NCBI GenBank assembly: GCA_001770425.1
Contig: MEQZ01000197.1
Coordinates: 1-63,284, forward strand
DNA from: Betaproteobacteria bacterium RIFCSPLOWO2_02_FULL_65_20
GTDB taxonomy: Bacteria; Pseudomonadota; Gammaproteobacteria; Burkholderiales; SG8-39
Reading direction: 5' to 3'
DNA length: 63,284 nucleotides
Part shown: positions 32,336 to 44,337 of the stretch, one piece after another
How the letters are laid out: each line of letters opens with the position of its first letter
How positions within the stretch are numbered: the first letter of the stretch is position 1
The notes under the pieces: generated by a model
Databases searched by the model: none
Told to the model about the DNA's origin: nothing
What the model saw: only the letters and a program-made list of their open reading frames with translations
Position numbers and translations under genes: made by a program

Positions 32336-32946
32336 AGGCGCTGCGCTTCTGGTTCGCCTGCGCTGCGATGGTCTGCGCCTGCGCGGTGCATGCGGGCGCA
32401 CAAGTCTACGAACCGCTTGCCGACAGCATGCGCGCCGGGCTGCAGGCATCCATCGCGGACACGCCCGCCTCGCGCCACGCCTTCTCGAACTCGATGGACG
32501 CCGTGAACTGGCTCACGGAGATGGCGCAGCGCCTGGAAAGGCGCGTCCCCTTCCTTCGTACCCGCCTGGATCTGCTGCGTACGGTGCATTACGAGGCCTC
32601 GCGTGCAGGCCTCGATCCGCAGCTCGTGCTCGCGGTCATCCATGTAGAAAGCAACTTCCGAAAATTTGCCGTGTCGTCGGCGGGGGCACGCGGCTACATG
32701 CAGGTGATGCCGTTCTGGGCCGGTCTGATCGGAAAGAAGAACGACAACCTGTTCAACCTGCGCACCAACCTTCGCTACGGCTGCGTAATCCTGCGGCATT
32801 ATCTTGATATCGAGGGCGGCAACCTGTCCCGGGCGCTCAGCCGCTACAACGGAAGCGTTGGCAAATCCGAGTACCCGAATCTGGTGCTGCGGACGATGCG
32901 CGCCAACTGGCGCGTCGACGCGGCCCGCAGGTCCAGTAGCTCCTGA
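32329..32946 (+). CDS. Lytic transglycosylase (SLT domain), secreted
   Basis: Signal peptide, then [33 protein letters not shown]. The ATG overlaps the proS stop. Confidence 0.75.
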   Translation: MLKALRFWFACAAMVCACAVHAGAQVYEPLADSMRAGLQASIADTPASRHAFSNSMDAVNWLTEMAQRLERRVPFLRTRLDLLRTVHYEASRAGLDPQLVLAVIHVESNFRKFAVSSAGARGYMQVMPFWAGLIGKKNDNLFNLRTNLRYGCVILRHYLDIEGGNLSRALSRYNGSVGKSEYPNLVLRTMRANWRVDAARRSSSS

Positions 32947-32958
32947 GCCACAGGGACG

Positions 32959-33711
32959 TCAGTCGGGGAAAATCGCGGCGATGGTCTTCTGAATCGACTC
33001 GGCGGCCGCACGCGGGTCGCTCGCCTGACGGATCGGCCTGCCGACGACGATGTAATCGGCGCCGTTCCCGAACGCCTGCGCGACGTCCACCGTGCGTTTT
33101 TGATCGTCTGCCGGCCGGTTGTCCACCGGGCGGATGCCGGGCGTCACAACAAGCAGCCGCGAACCGAGTTCCCGCTTGAGCGCCGGTGCCTCCAGTCCCG
33201 ATGAGATGACCCCGGCGCACCCGGCCTCAAGGGCGCGTCGCGCTCGCGACAGCACCAGGCGCTCGACGTCGCAGTCAAAACCGAGGTCGTCCAGGTCCCC
33301 TCGGTCGAGGCTGGTGAGCACGGTCACGGCCAGGATCTGCAATTCGCCCTTGTCCCGCCCCGCCGCCTCCAGCATGGCCTGGTTGCCGTGGACCGTCGCA
33401 AACGTTACGCCCCTGTTGCGAAGTCCGCGCACGGCCGCACGAACCGTTTCCGGGACGTCGAAGAATTTCAGGTCGACGAAGACCTTGTTGCCGCGCTTCA
33501 CCAGCCACTCAAGCACCTCGAAATAGCCGCCTGCGGTGAATAGCTCCAGGCCAATCTTGTAGAAGCTGACGGCGTCGCCGAGCGTCATCACCAGCCTTTT
33601 TGCTTCCTCCGCGTTAGGGACATCGAGCGCGACGATCAGCCGCTCGCGCCTGGGTATGGTGTTGCGCTCCGGCATTTCCGTTGTCATTCGAGCATACCGT
33701 CCGTCGTTCAT
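32959..33711 (-). CDS. pyrF: Orotidine 5'-phosphate decarboxylase
   Basis: LIVALDVPN, FVDLKFFDVPETV (DxKxxD), VTPGIRP. Start uncertain; alternatives are 33789, 33687 and 33675. Confidence 0.85.
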   Translation of the reverse strand: MNDGRYARMTTEMPERNTIPRRERLIVALDVPNAEEAKRLVMTLGDAVSFYKIGLELFTAGGYFEVLEWLVKRGNKVFVDLKFFDVPETVRAAVRGLRNRGVTFATVHGNQAMLEAAGRDKGELQILAVTVLTSLDRGDLDDLGFDCDVERLVLSRARRALEAGCAGVISSGLEAPALKRELGSRLLVVTPGIRPVDNRPADDQKRTVDVAQAFGNGADYIVVGRPIRQASDPRAAAESIQKTIAAIFPD

Positions 33712-34065
33712 CGGCGGCGTTCCCTCGCGCCGGCGATCACCGGGCCAAAGAACAGAAAGTTTTCCCGTTCCACCCGCATGACCCGGCACAACGGCATATC
33801 CGTTGCCGCATCGATGGACAAATCCCGGCGATCGATCCGTATTCTAGCCGATTCCGAAACCCGCCTTTCCACTGGCACCGACTTGCCTGGTCTCGACCCG
33901 GTGTTTCTTCATGTCAGTGCTAACCGGGCTGCGCGACGGGATCAGCCTGCGCGGCTCGTCCATGCGATCCTGCTCTGCGGGGAGCCGCCTATAATGGCTG
34001 CCGGATCCGTCATCCCAAGAGCACACACACTGAACCTCAAAGCCGACGCCAAGACGGGCGTGGTG

Positions 34066-34422
34066 ATGCGCAACGCAGCCATGACCCCCGCGTTGCTCGC
34101 ACGGGCAGCCTTGGCGAGCCTGCTGGCACTGATCGTCCTGTGCCTCGCCTGGGAACTCTGGCTTGCCCCGCTGCGACCGGGCGGATCATGGCTGGTGCTG
34201 AAGGTTCTGCCGCTGCTCGCACCCGTGTTCGGCGTACTGCACTCGAGGCGATATACCTTCCAGTGGGCGTCGATGCTCGTTCTCTGTTACGTCGCCGAGG
34301 GCGTAGTGAGAATCGCCACCGAGCCCGGCCTATCGCGCTGGCTCGCTGCGCTCGAAGTACTGTTCGCTCTCGCCTTCTTTTTCGCCGCCGTCCTTTATGC
34401 GCGCACGACCCGCAGGACCTGA
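34066..34422 (+). CDS. DUF2069-type small membrane protein
   Basis: Four hydrophobic segments, WELWLAPLRPGGSWLVLKVLPLL...RRYTFQWASMLVLCYVAEG. Confidence 0.55.
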   Translation: MRNAAMTPALLARAALASLLALIVLCLAWELWLAPLRPGGSWLVLKVLPLLAPVFGVLHSRRYTFQWASMLVLCYVAEGVVRIATEPGLSRWLAALEVLFALAFFFAAVLYARTTRRT

Positions 34423-34442
34423 GCGCCGGCCCGGGGCGGACG

Positions 34443-35981
34443 TCAGACCTGCGGATTGATGCGCTCGGTCTTGTCGTGGAGCTTGTTGAGCGCAGCGAGG
34501 TAGGCCTTCGCAGAGGCGACCACGATGTCCGTATCTGCACCCAGGCCGTTGACGATGCGGCCGGCCTTCTGCAGGCGCACCGTCACCTCGCCCTGCGACT
34601 CCGTGCCCGTGGTGATGGCGTTGACCGAGTACAGCAGCAGTTCCGCGCCGCTCTTGGCAACACTTTCGATTGCCTTGAATGTCGCGTCCACCGGCCCGTC
34701 CCCCTGCGCCTCGGCGCTGTGCTCCTTGCCGGCCTCGGAGAGCACCACGGATGCGTGCGGGCGCTCGCCCATCCCGCTTGCCTGACTCATGTGCACGAGC
34801 CTCCAACGCTCGTACAGGGACGATACCCTGCCTTCCGACATCAGGGCTTGCAGGTCTTCGTCGAAGATCTCGGCCTTCTTGTCGGCGAGGTCCTTGAAAC
34901 GCTGAAACGCCTGGTTGTAGGCCTCTTCCGATTCGAGATCTATGCCGATCTCCTTCATCCGCTGCTTGAAGGCGTTCCTGCCGGAAAGCTTGCCGAGCAC
35001 GATCTTGTTGGTGGTCCAGCCCACGTCCTCGGCCCGCATGATCTCGTAGGTTTGGCGAGACTTGATCACTCCGTCCTGATGGATGCCAGAGGCGTGAGCG
35101 AAGGCATTGGCCCCGACCACCGCCTTGTTGGGCTGCACGACGAAGCCCGTGATCTGCGACACCAGGCGCGACGCGGATACGATCTGCGTGGTGTCGATCC
35201 GAGTTTCTGCCGGGAAGAAGTCGCCGCGCGTCTTCAGGGCCATCACGATTTCCTCCAGTGCGGTGTTCCCGGCGCGCTCGCCCAATCCGTTGATTGTGCA
35301 CTCTATCTGCCGCGCGCCGCCGATCACCACCGCTGCAAGCGAATTCGCAACCGCCATGCCGAGGTCGTTGTGGCAGTGCACCGACCACACCACCTTGTCG
35401 GAGTTGGGGACACGCTCGCGCAAAGTGCGGATGAACTCGCCGAACTGCTGCGGCACGGCATAACCGACCGTGTCCGGTATGTTGATCGTGGTCGCACCCT
35501 CCGCAATCACCGCCTCCAGCACCCTGCAGAGGAAATCCGGTTCCGACCTGCTCGCGTCCTCGGGAGAGAACTCGACATCCGGGCAGTGCTTGCGTGCGAA
35601 ACGCACTGCATTCCTCGCGTCCTCCAGCACCTGGTCCGGCGTCATGCGCAGCTTCATTTCCATGTGCAGGGCGCTGGTGGCGATGAAGGTATGAATGCGC
35701 CAGGACTTGGCACCCTTCAAAGCCTCGATGCCACGACCGATATCGCGGTCGTTGGCACGGCACAGGCCGGCGACGGTGGAATCCTTGATCGCGTTGGCCA
35801 CCGCCCGCACGGCCTCGAAGTCGCCGTTCGAGGCCGCCGGGAAGCCGGCCTCGATCACGTCTACGCGCATGCGCTCCAGTTGCCGGGCAATACGGATCTT
35901 CTCCTCGCGGGTCATGGACGCGCCCGGGCTTTGCTCCCCGTCGCGCATGGTCGTATCGAAAATGATCACTCGGTCCTTCAT
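34443..35981 (-). CDS. leuA: 2-isopropylmalate synthase
   Basis: [28 protein letters not shown]-terminal LeuA regulatory domain. Confidence 0.93.
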   Translation of the reverse strand: MKDRVIIFDTTMRDGEQSPGASMTREEKIRIARQLERMRVDVIEAGFPAASNGDFEAVRAVANAIKDSTVAGLCRANDRDIGRGIEALKGAKSWRIHTFIATSALHMEMKLRMTPDQVLEDARNAVRFARKHCPDVEFSPEDASRSEPDFLCRVLEAVIAEGATTINIPDTVGYAVPQQFGEFIRTLRERVPNSDKVVWSVHCHNDLGMAVANSLAAVVIGGARQIECTINGLGERAGNTALEEIVMALKTRGDFFPAETRIDTTQIVSASRLVSQITGFVVQPNKAVVGANAFAHASGIHQDGVIKSRQTYEIMRAEDVGWTTNKIVLGKLSGRNAFKQRMKEIGIDLESEEAYNQAFQRFKDLADKKAEIFDEDLQALMSEGRVSSLYERWRLVHMSQASGMGERPHASVVLSEAGKEHSAEAQGDGPVDATFKAIESVAKSGAELLLYSVNAITTGTESQGEVTVRLQKAGRIVNGLGADTDIVVASAKAYLAALNKLHDKTERINPQV

Positions 35982-36164
35982 GTCACGCTCCATTGGCTAT
36001 GCACAGAGTCATTGCGCAGCGGCCCGGCCTCTTGGCCTGTTGCGCCTGGGTACTGCCGAATTGGGGATTAGGGTATTTAGCGCGCGACGCGCAGCAGCGG
36101 CCCTGCAGGAAGCAGGCCGCTTGTAATACAGATCGACAAATGCGTCTGGGACGGCATATGGCCC

Positions 36165-36193
36165 AATATAGCGGGTTCCCGATCCCCCTGCAA
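36165..36193 (-). promoter_or_regulatory. Sigma70 promoter for leuA (TTGCAG-17 nt-TATATT)
   Basis: Minus strand: TTGCAG 36193-36188, TATATT 36170-36165. Gives a leader of about 175 nt containing the GC hairpin GCGGCCTGC..GCAGGGCCGC. Confidence 0.45.
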
Positions 36194-36205
36194 CCGGCGA
36201 TGTCC

Positions 36206-36979
36206 CTAGACCGGCTTCTTCTGCCGCAACCGCCGCCACTTCGCCAGCCACACCGCATATCCGGAAAACGAATAGGCGACAAAAAGCAGAAAAAGAACCA
36301 TCGGCGGATTGCTCGAGATGAGGATCATTGCGAAAGCGATCAGCAGTATTGCCCAGAAGGGAACGCTCCTGCGCAGGTTGATGTCCTTGAAACTGTAGAA
36401 GGGCACATTGCTCACCATCGTGACGCCTGCGAACAGCGTCAGTGCGGCCGCGATTCCGCGAATGACCTCTGCGCGCTGAATGCCGAAGTCATTGATTACC
36501 CAGATCAGCCCCGCACACAGGGCCGCTGCCGCTGGGCTGGGCAGCCCCTGGAAGAAACGCTTGTCCACGACATCGATGTTGGTGTTGAAGCGCGCGAGCC
36601 TCAGCGCCGCACCAACGCAGTAGACGAATGCCGATATCCAGCCAAAGCGGCCCAAATCCTTGAGCGCCCACTCGTACATGATAAGCGCGGGGGCGGCCCC
36701 GAAACAGACCATATCCGAGAGTGAATCGTACTCGGCGCCGAAGGCGCTCTGTGTGTGCGTCAGCCTCGCCACGCGTCCGTCTAGCCCGTCGAGCACCATG
36801 GCGATGAAGATCGCCACCGCCGCCTGCTCGAAACGCTGGTTCATCGCTTGCACGATGGCATAGAATCCGGCGAACAGCGCTGCCGTCGTAAACAGGTTGG
36901 GCAGCAGGTAGATTCCCCTGCGGCGGATCTCCGCGTTGATCAGCGGTTTGTGGGGCTTGTTGTATTCGGACATCGGCAT
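36206..36979 (-). CDS. pssA: CDP-diacylglycerol--serine O-phosphatidyltransferase
   Basis: CDP-alcohol phosphatidyltransferase motif DGLDGRVARL...GAEYDSLSD, polytopic. The start is 36979 or 36973 (MPMSEYN). Confidence 0.85.
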   Translation of the reverse strand: MPMSEYNKPHKPLINAEIRRRGIYLLPNLFTTAALFAGFYAIVQAMNQRFEQAAVAIFIAMVLDGLDGRVARLTHTQSAFGAEYDSLSDMVCFGAAPALIMYEWALKDLGRFGWISAFVYCVGAALRLARFNTNIDVVDKRFFQGLPSPAAAALCAGLIWVINDFGIQRAEVIRGIAAALTLFAGVTMVSNVPFYSFKDINLRRSVPFWAILLIAFAMILISSNPPMVLFLLFVAYSFSGYAVWLAKWRRLRQKKPV

Positions 36980-36999
36980 GCCTCGTTCAGCACTGAACT

Positions 37000-37668
37000 C
37001 TAGAGCACGGCCAGAATACTGCTGCCGCCCTGCACCTTGTCGCCTAGCGCGGCCTTGACGCGCGCCGAGACCGGCAAATAGACGTCCACGCGTGATCCGA
37101 AACGGATAAACCCAAAACGATCGCCCCGGGCAAGTTTGTCCCCTGCTCTCACGTAGCAAAGAATCCGCCGGGCGATCAGGCCGGCGACCTGCACGCAGGT
37201 CACGTCGTCGCCGGTCCCGGCCTTCATCCACAGCGCGTTGCGCTCGTTCTCGAGCGAAGCCTTGTCCAGCGCGGCGTTGAAAAAACTGCCCGCGTGATAC
37301 CAGACCTGCCGCACCTCTCCGTCTACGGGCGCGCGATTCGAGTGCACGTTGAATACGTTCATGAAGACGCTCACCTTTGTCGCATCGCGCTCAAGATACG
37401 GATCTCTCGCGGACTCGATGGCCACGATGCGACCGTCGGCCGGAGAGACCACAGTGCGCTCACCGCCCGGAATGCTGCGCGGCGGATCGCGGAAGAACTG
37501 CAGCACGAACAACGCCGCAAGCCAGAACGGGACTGACCACCATACACCCGCGATCCACATGAGCGCGAGCGCCGCGGCCACGGTCACGGCGAGGAACGGC
37601 CATCCCTCGCGGGCGACGATCGGATGCGGGTAGTTCACTGGGGCGGAGTCCGACTCGGGGGAATGCAA
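37000..37668 (-). CDS. psd: Phosphatidylserine decarboxylase (short, Asd-type proenzyme)
   Basis: [10 protein letters not shown] self-cleavage (G-S) motif, N-terminal TM pair, 222 aa. Confidence 0.85.
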   Translation of the reverse strand: MHSPESDSAPVNYPHPIVAREGWPFLAVTVAAALALMWIAGVWWSVPFWLAALFVLQFFRDPPRSIPGGERTVVSPADGRIVAIESARDPYLERDATKVSVFMNVFNVHSNRAPVDGEVRQVWYHAGSFFNAALDKASLENERNALWMKAGTGDDVTCVQVAGLIARRILCYVRAGDKLARGDRFGFIRFGSRVDVYLPVSARVKAALGDKVQGGSSILAVL

Positions 37669-37711
37669 GGGCGCGGCGGCACGTCGTCCCCTTGTTTCAA
37701 AGCTCCCTAGC

Positions 37712-39323
<1,612 letters not shown>

Positions 39324-39415
39324 CGTAGGGGTCTGATCGTTCTGGATCGAGTATGGGCTGGGGGGACTGGATAGAGGTGCGTTCATCGGCGCATGGGCAG
39401 GCGACCGCGGCGGCC

Positions 39416-41122
39416 TCACAGCTCCTCGGCCAGAATCATTTCGGAAATGCCCTTGCCGCCCGGAACCATCGGAAACACGTTCTCGCTCTGGTCGGTAATG
39501 AAGTCCAGGAACACCAGCTCGTCCCTGCGTTTGAACGCTTCCTTCAGCGCGGGTTCGACGTCGGCCGGATTCTCGATGCGCATGCCGACGTGCCCATAAC
39601 TGTCGACCAGCTTTGAAAAATCGGGAAGCGCGTCCATATAGGACTCCGAGTAACGGTTGCCGTGAAAGAATTGCTGCCACTGGCGCACCATGCCCATGTA
39701 ACGGTTGTTCAGGCACACGATCTTGATCGGCAGCCGGTACTGCTTGCAGGTGGACAACTCCTGGAGGCACATCTGGAACGACGCCTCCCCGGTGACACAC
39801 GTGACGCTGGCCTTGGGATTGGCGAACTGCGCCCCCATCGCTGCCGGCAGACCGAACCCCATGGTGCCGAGTCCGCCGGAATTAATCCATCGGCGGGGCT
39901 TGTCGAATTTGTAGAACTGGGCGACCCACATCTGGTGCTGTCCGACGTCCGAAGTGACGATCGCGTCGCCCTTGGTAACTTCGTAGAGCTTTTCCACGAC
40001 GAACTGCGGCTTGATGATCTTGCTCGCGCGGTCGTAGCGCAGACAGTCCTTCCCCTTCCACAGTTCAATCTGCGCCCACCAGGCCTTGAGCGCCTTTGCA
40101 TCGGGCTTTTCCCGGCTGGCCTGGAGGAGTTTGACGAGGTCGTCGATGACCTCGCGCACGTTCCCGACGATTGGCACGTCCACCTTGACCCGCTTGGAGA
40201 TCGACGACGGATCGATGTCGATATGAACGATCTTGCGCTGGACCTCGCCAAAATGCCGTGGGTTGCCGATAACCCGGTCGTCGAAGCGGGCTCCCACAGC
40301 AAGCAGCACGTCGCAGTGCTGCATTGCCATATTGGCCTCGAAGGTGCCGTGCATGCCGAGCATGCCCAGGAAATGCGCGTCCGTGCCCGGAAACCCGCCC
40401 AAACCCATCAGCGTGCTCGTGCAAGGAAATCCGAGCACCTTCACCAGCCCGGCGAGCTCCGCCGCTGCGTCGGAGAGAATCACGCCGCCGCCCGTGTATA
40501 TCATGGGGCGCTTGGCGTCGAGCAGCAGTTGCGCCGCCTTCTTGATCTGTCCCGGATGACCCTTGAGCACCGGGTTGTACGAACGCATGCTGATCGAGTC
40601 GGGATACTCGAACTTGCAACTCGCAGCTGTAACGTCCTTGGGAACATCCACCAGCACCGGGCCCGGGCGTCCGCTCCTGGCGATATGGAACGCCTTCTTC
40701 ATCGCCAAAGCCAGATCCCGCACGTCCTTGACCAGAATGTTGTGCTTCACGCAGGGGCGTGTGATGCCAACGGCATCGACTTCCTGGAATGCATCCTGCC
40801 CGATGGCGTGGGTGGGCACCTGACCGCTGATGATCACCATCGGGATCGAATCCATGTACGCAGTGGCAATGCCCGTTACGGCATTGGTCACTCCCGGACC
40901 CGAGGTAACCAGGCACACGCCGGTCTTGTTGCTCGCACGCGAGTAGCCGTCGGCGGCGTGTGCGGCGCCCTGCTCGTGCCGCACCAGGACGTGCTTCACC
41001 TTGTCCTGTTTGAACAGTGCGTCATAGATGAACAGCACTGCACCGCCCGGATAGCCGAAGACGCAGTCCACGCCCTCTTCCTGCAAACAGCGGATCAGGA
41101 TCTCTGCACCCGTTAATTCCAT
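39416..41122 (-). CDS. ilvI: Acetolactate synthase large (catalytic) subunit
   Basis: MELTGAEILIRCLQEEGVDCVFGYPGGAVL, ThDP motif GGLGTMGFGLPAAMGA...NN. Confidence 0.93.
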   Translation of the reverse strand: MELTGAEILIRCLQEEGVDCVFGYPGGAVLFIYDALFKQDKVKHVLVRHEQGAAHAADGYSRASNKTGVCLVTSGPGVTNAVTGIATAYMDSIPMVIISGQVPTHAIGQDAFQEVDAVGITRPCVKHNILVKDVRDLALAMKKAFHIARSGRPGPVLVDVPKDVTAASCKFEYPDSISMRSYNPVLKGHPGQIKKAAQLLLDAKRPMIYTGGGVILSDAAAELAGLVKVLGFPCTSTLMGLGGFPGTDAHFLGMLGMHGTFEANMAMQHCDVLLAVGARFDDRVIGNPRHFGEVQRKIVHIDIDPSSISKRVKVDVPIVGNVREVIDDLVKLLQASREKPDAKALKAWWAQIELWKGKDCLRYDRASKIIKPQFVVEKLYEVTKGDAIVTSDVGQHQMWVAQFYKFDKPRRWINSGGLGTMGFGLPAAMGAQFANPKASVTCVTGEASFQMCLQELSTCKQYRLPIKIVCLNNRYMGMVRQWQQFFHGNRYSESYMDALPDFSKLVDSYGHVGMRIENPADVEPALKEAFKRRDELVFLDFITDQSENVFPMVPGGKGISEMILAEEL

Positions 41123-41446
41123 ACCTGGATTTCGCACCGCAATAAGAGGGTTGAGGAAAACTTTAGAGGGTAATTGTTAGCGCTTGATTGGTCAAGGTGT
41201 TTCCCCTCAATTGCTGCCTCTATCGCGGCAATTTTGGTACCATCCGCCGAAGCGGTCGCAAACACGAAATTCGGACCGTCGGTCGGGGGAACTGCTCAGC
41301 CCCAACTCGAGCGCCAGCGGCATTCCAGACCCTGATGCAGGCCGCTGGAGGCAGAAACCAAGAGCATTGAGGAAACGCATCTGGCATCCCGCACAGAACT
41401 ATCGGACTTTCTTTTCGGCGTAGAGCGACGCGCGTTCAAGCAGGCG

Positions 41447-41947
41447 ATGTTCGCGGTTCGCGACGGGGAGGTTGCACTGGACATCGTGCAGGATGTGATG
41501 TTGAAGCTGGCCGAAAAGTACGGCGACAAGCCCGCCGAGGAACTGCCGATGCTGTTCCAGCGCATCCTGCAGAACACGATCCGGGATTTCTATCGCCGAC
41601 AGAAGGTTCGCTCGCGGTGGATCACCTTGCTTTCAGCGCTGTCCCCGGGTCGGGACGAGGACGAGTCCGATGCGCTCGAGACCATGGAAACCGAAGATCA
41701 TTCCAGTCTGGGGTTAGGGCCGGCCGAACATCTGGAGAAATCCCAACTAATTGAAATAATTGACAAAGAGCTCAAGAAGCTGCCGCCACGTCAACGAGAG
41801 GCCTTCCTGCTGCGTTACTGGGAGGAATTGGACGTTGCCGAAACGGCCGCTGTGATGGGCTGCTCAGAAGGCAGCGTAAAGACGCATTGCTCACGCGCTG
41901 CGCATGCCCTTGCGACTGCCCTGCGGACGAAGGGAATAGACCTATGA
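41447..41947 (+). CDS. ECF-type RNA polymerase sigma factor (coordinates from the first ATG; the real start is probably upstream at a non-canonical codon, see findings)
   Basis: Region 2 ALDIVQDVMLKL...LFQRILQNTIRDFYRR. Region 4 REAFLLRYWEELDVAETAAVMGCSEGSVKTHCSRA. The in-frame upstream sequence ELSDFLFGVERRAFKQA looks like conserved region 2.1. Confidence 0.8.
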   Translation: MFAVRDGEVALDIVQDVMLKLAEKYGDKPAEELPMLFQRILQNTIRDFYRRQKVRSRWITLLSALSPGRDEDESDALETMETEDHSSLGLGPAEHLEKSQLIEIIDKELKKLPPRQREAFLLRYWEELDVAETAAVMGCSEGSVKTHCSRAAHALATALRTKGIDL

Positions 41948-42321
41948 ATGAACATAATCTCGGTTACCGAATCCGGCAAATACTGAACCAAGGCCTTGCC
42001 CTGGACGCGGAAAAGCTCGCCCGGCTCAAGGCTGCGCGCGAGCAGGCGCTCGCGCGCCAGCGCATCGCGGCGCCGCGCACGGTGCTCACCTGGGCGGACA
42101 ACCTTACCGGCGGCCTTGGCGGTTCGGTTTCGGTCTTTTCGCGAATTCTGCTCCCCGCTGCGATGATTATCCTCGGCCTTGTCGCCATCAATACGTGGCG
42201 GCAGTCTCAGACGGTGCAGGAACTTGTGGAAATCGACAGCGGAGTACTGACCAGTGATTTGCCGATTGACGCCTATCTGGACCGGGGATTCGATGCATGG
42301 CTAAAGCGCTCCTCGCATTAA
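41944..42321 (+). CDS. DUF3619 family protein (single-TM, putative anti-sigma partner)
   Basis: The ATG overlaps the sigma stop (ATGA). A central TM segment (ILLPAAMIILGLVAINTW) and a C-terminal LTSDLPIDAYLD motif. Confidence 0.6.
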   Translation: MNEHNLGYRIRQILNQGLALDAEKLARLKAAREQALARQRIAAPRTVLTWADNLTGGLGGSVSVFSRILLPAAMIILGLVAINTWRQSQTVQELVEIDSGVLTSDLPIDAYLDRGFDAWLKRSSH

Positions 42322-42788
42322 CTCTTTGGCTGTCCGTCTCATTTTCCGTCCTTGCCGCCGCACCGCAAAAGAAGCAACCGTCTTGGGCTGAACTGACCCA
42401 GGAACAGCAGCAGATCCTCGCGCCGCTGGCGACGGACTGGGACAAGCTCAACGCGCAGCGCAAGCGCAAATGGCTCGGCATCGCCAAGCAGTATCCCAAG
42501 ATGGCTCCGGACCAACAGGCCAAGGCGCAGCGGAATATGCGGCCGTGGGCAAAGCTCACGCCCGAGGAGCGGCGCGCCGCTCGGGAACGCTACAAGAAGT
42601 TGCAGAAGCTTCCTCCGGACAAACGACAATCCCTGCGGCAGCAGTGGGAGGAATACCAGCGGCTTCCCGAGGACCAGCGCAGGCAACTCAAGGCCGCCGG
42701 CAAAGCGCCCAAACCCGCACCGATATCCCGCGCCAAACCGAGCGCAAGCGCACCCGCCTCGATGCCGACACCCTTACCCGCCAAGTGA
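42297..42788 (+). CDS. DUF3106 domain protein (secreted, repeat-helical)
   Basis: Signal peptide, then repeated W..L(T)..Q/E..R units (WAELTQEQQQIL, WDKLNAQRKRKW, WAKLTPEERRAARERY, WEEYQRLPEDQRRQL). Confidence 0.6.
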   Translation: MAKALLALTLWLSVSFSVLAAAPQKKQPSWAELTQEQQQILAPLATDWDKLNAQRKRKWLGIAKQYPKMAPDQQAKAQRNMRPWAKLTPEERRAARERYKKLQKLPPDKRQSLRQQWEEYQRLPEDQRRQLKAAGKAPKPAPISRAKPSASAPASMPTPLPAK

Positions 42789-42806
42789 AGGGCGCCAGGG
42801 GCGCGT

Positions 42807-43241
42807 ATGGCCACGCAAGAAGCACCCTTTCCCGCCGCGGCCGGCATCGCCCGGCGTCTCGCGTCGATGACCTACGAATCGCTGCTTGCGTTCGCAATCG
42901 CGTTCTTCGCGGCCATGCCGTTCTATGGCGCCACGAGCGGGCGACTCTCGGGGTTCAGCCGCAGCCTCTTTCAGATCTATCTCATCGTCATTCTCGGGCT
43001 CTATTTCGTCTGGTGCTGGCACCGAGGAGGCCAGACTCTGCCCATGAAGACGTGGAAGCTGCGACTGGTGAGCGCCGACGGCGGCCCCGTCTCAGTGCGC
43101 CGGGCCGCACTGCGCTACCTGCTTGCATGCCTGTCGGTTGCGCTTGCCGGTGCCGGACTCGTCTGGGCCGCGTTTGATCGCGACCGGCAGTTCCTGCACG
43201 ACCGCCTGGCCGGCACCCGCATTGTCCGCAGCGACAATTAG
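42807..43241 (+). CDS. RDD family membrane protein
   Basis: About three TM segments, RRLASMTYESLL..., and C-terminal DRDRQFLHDRLAGTRIV typical of RDD. Confidence 0.7.
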   Translation: MATQEAPFPAAAGIARRLASMTYESLLAFAIAFFAAMPFYGATSGRLSGFSRSLFQIYLIVILGLYFVWCWHRGGQTLPMKTWKLRLVSADGGPVSVRRAALRYLLACLSVALAGAGLVWAAFDRDRQFLHDRLAGTRIVRSDN

Positions 43242-43260
43242 ATTCTCCCGCCGTCGCCCC

Positions 43261-44337
43261 TTACCTTCGCTCCGTCCACCACATCATCGACGCGGCCGCC
43301 GTGAGAAACACCGCGCTTGGCAGCAGCGCCGAGAACAGGGGCGACCAGTTCTGCAGCAACCCAAGATGCGAAAACAAGCTGTTCAGCATGTGGAAAACAA
43401 TGCCCAGCATGATGCCCGAGAACACCTTGACGCCCACGCTTCCGGAGCGGGTGTGGACGTAGGCGAACGGCAACGCGAGCGCCATCATGACCAGCACGGC
43501 AAAGGGGTATACAAGCTTCTTCCACATCGCAATTTCATAGCGCTCTGTCCGCTGGCGATTTTCAGACAGGTGCCGTATGTACTGATAAAGATTCCATGCC
43601 GACATCCGTTCCGGCTTCACAAACAGCACCGACAGGATGTTCGGCGTCAGAACCGACGGCCAGTCCATCCGATCGAGGCGATCGACGCTCGATCCCTGGC
43701 TGGAAAAACGCGTACGCACCACGTTATGCATCCGCCAGAGGTTCTTTTCCGCAAACTCACCACGCTCGGCAGAACTGATCGAGATCAGCCTGTAGTCGGC
43801 GTCGAACTCGTAGATGCGGATTCCGACAAGCGTGGTATCGGGCAGCACTTCGCGCACGTTGACGAACCGCCGCTCGTCTCTTACCCAGAAGCCGGTGCGG
43901 AACTCCTGTGCAATTACCGCGCTCGTCGCGCGCAGCTTGAGTTGTTGCGCAGCCCGCTCGGTAACCGGGGTCAAAAACTCACCGACGACATAGGTGAGAA
44001 ACACGAACACGATGCCGATGCGCACGAGGGCCGATGCGGCCTGCCCCGGCGACAGCCCCGAGCCGCGCATTACCGTGTACTCCGAATTCGCCGCCAGATG
44101 CGCAAGCGCGTACAGCGTGCCTATGAGCACTGCGATCGGAAAAAGTTCGTATATATGGCTCGGCACGGACAGCAGAACGTAGAGAAGCGCGTGCTGCAGC
44201 CGGTAATCCCCCTTGCCCAGGTCACCCAGTTCGTGGATCAGATCGAAGAACGCGAAGAGCGCGAGAAATGCGATGAAAACGAACAGCGTCGCCCCATAGA
44301 TTTCGCGCGCGAGGTAGCGACGGATCGTGAGCATCAT
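43261..44337 (-). CDS. lptG: LPS export ABC transporter permease LptG
   Basis: [34 protein letters not shown]..., 358 aa. The start overlaps the lptF stop (ATGA). Confidence 0.85.
   Translation of the reverse strand: MMLTIRRYLAREIYGATLFVFIAFLALFAFFDLIHELGDLGKGDYRLQHALLYVLLSVPSHIYELFPIAVLIGTLYALAHLAANSEYTVMRGSGLSPGQAASALVRIGIVFVFLTYVVGEFLTPVTERAAQQLKLRATSAVIAQEFRTGFWVRDERRFVNVREVLPDTTLVGIRIYEFDADYRLISISSAERGEFAEKNLWRMHNVVRTRFSSQGSSVDRLDRMDWPSVLTPNILSVLFVKPERMSAWNLYQYIRHLSENRQRTERYEIAMWKKLVYPFAVLVMMALALPFAYVHTRSGSVGVKVFSGIMLGIVFHMLNSLFSHLGLLQNWSPLFSALLPSAVFLTAAASMMWWTERR

Noticed and set aside
34140-36071. 643-codon ORF antisense to leuA. The same type occurs at 45533-47500 (antisense pepA), 20265-21953 (antisense pilS), 55716-57458 (antisense macA-like) and 981-1919 (antisense GT39 gene).
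   Set aside because: Same reasoning. Each overlaps a gene with clear family motifs on the other strand, and each has an Arg/Gly/Pro-biased, motif-free translation.
35982-36205. Leucine leader peptide or attenuator upstream of leuA
   Set aside because: The only small ORF (26 codons starting at 36157) begins at the predicted transcription start and has no run of Leu codons. Only the promoter and one GC hairpin are supportable.
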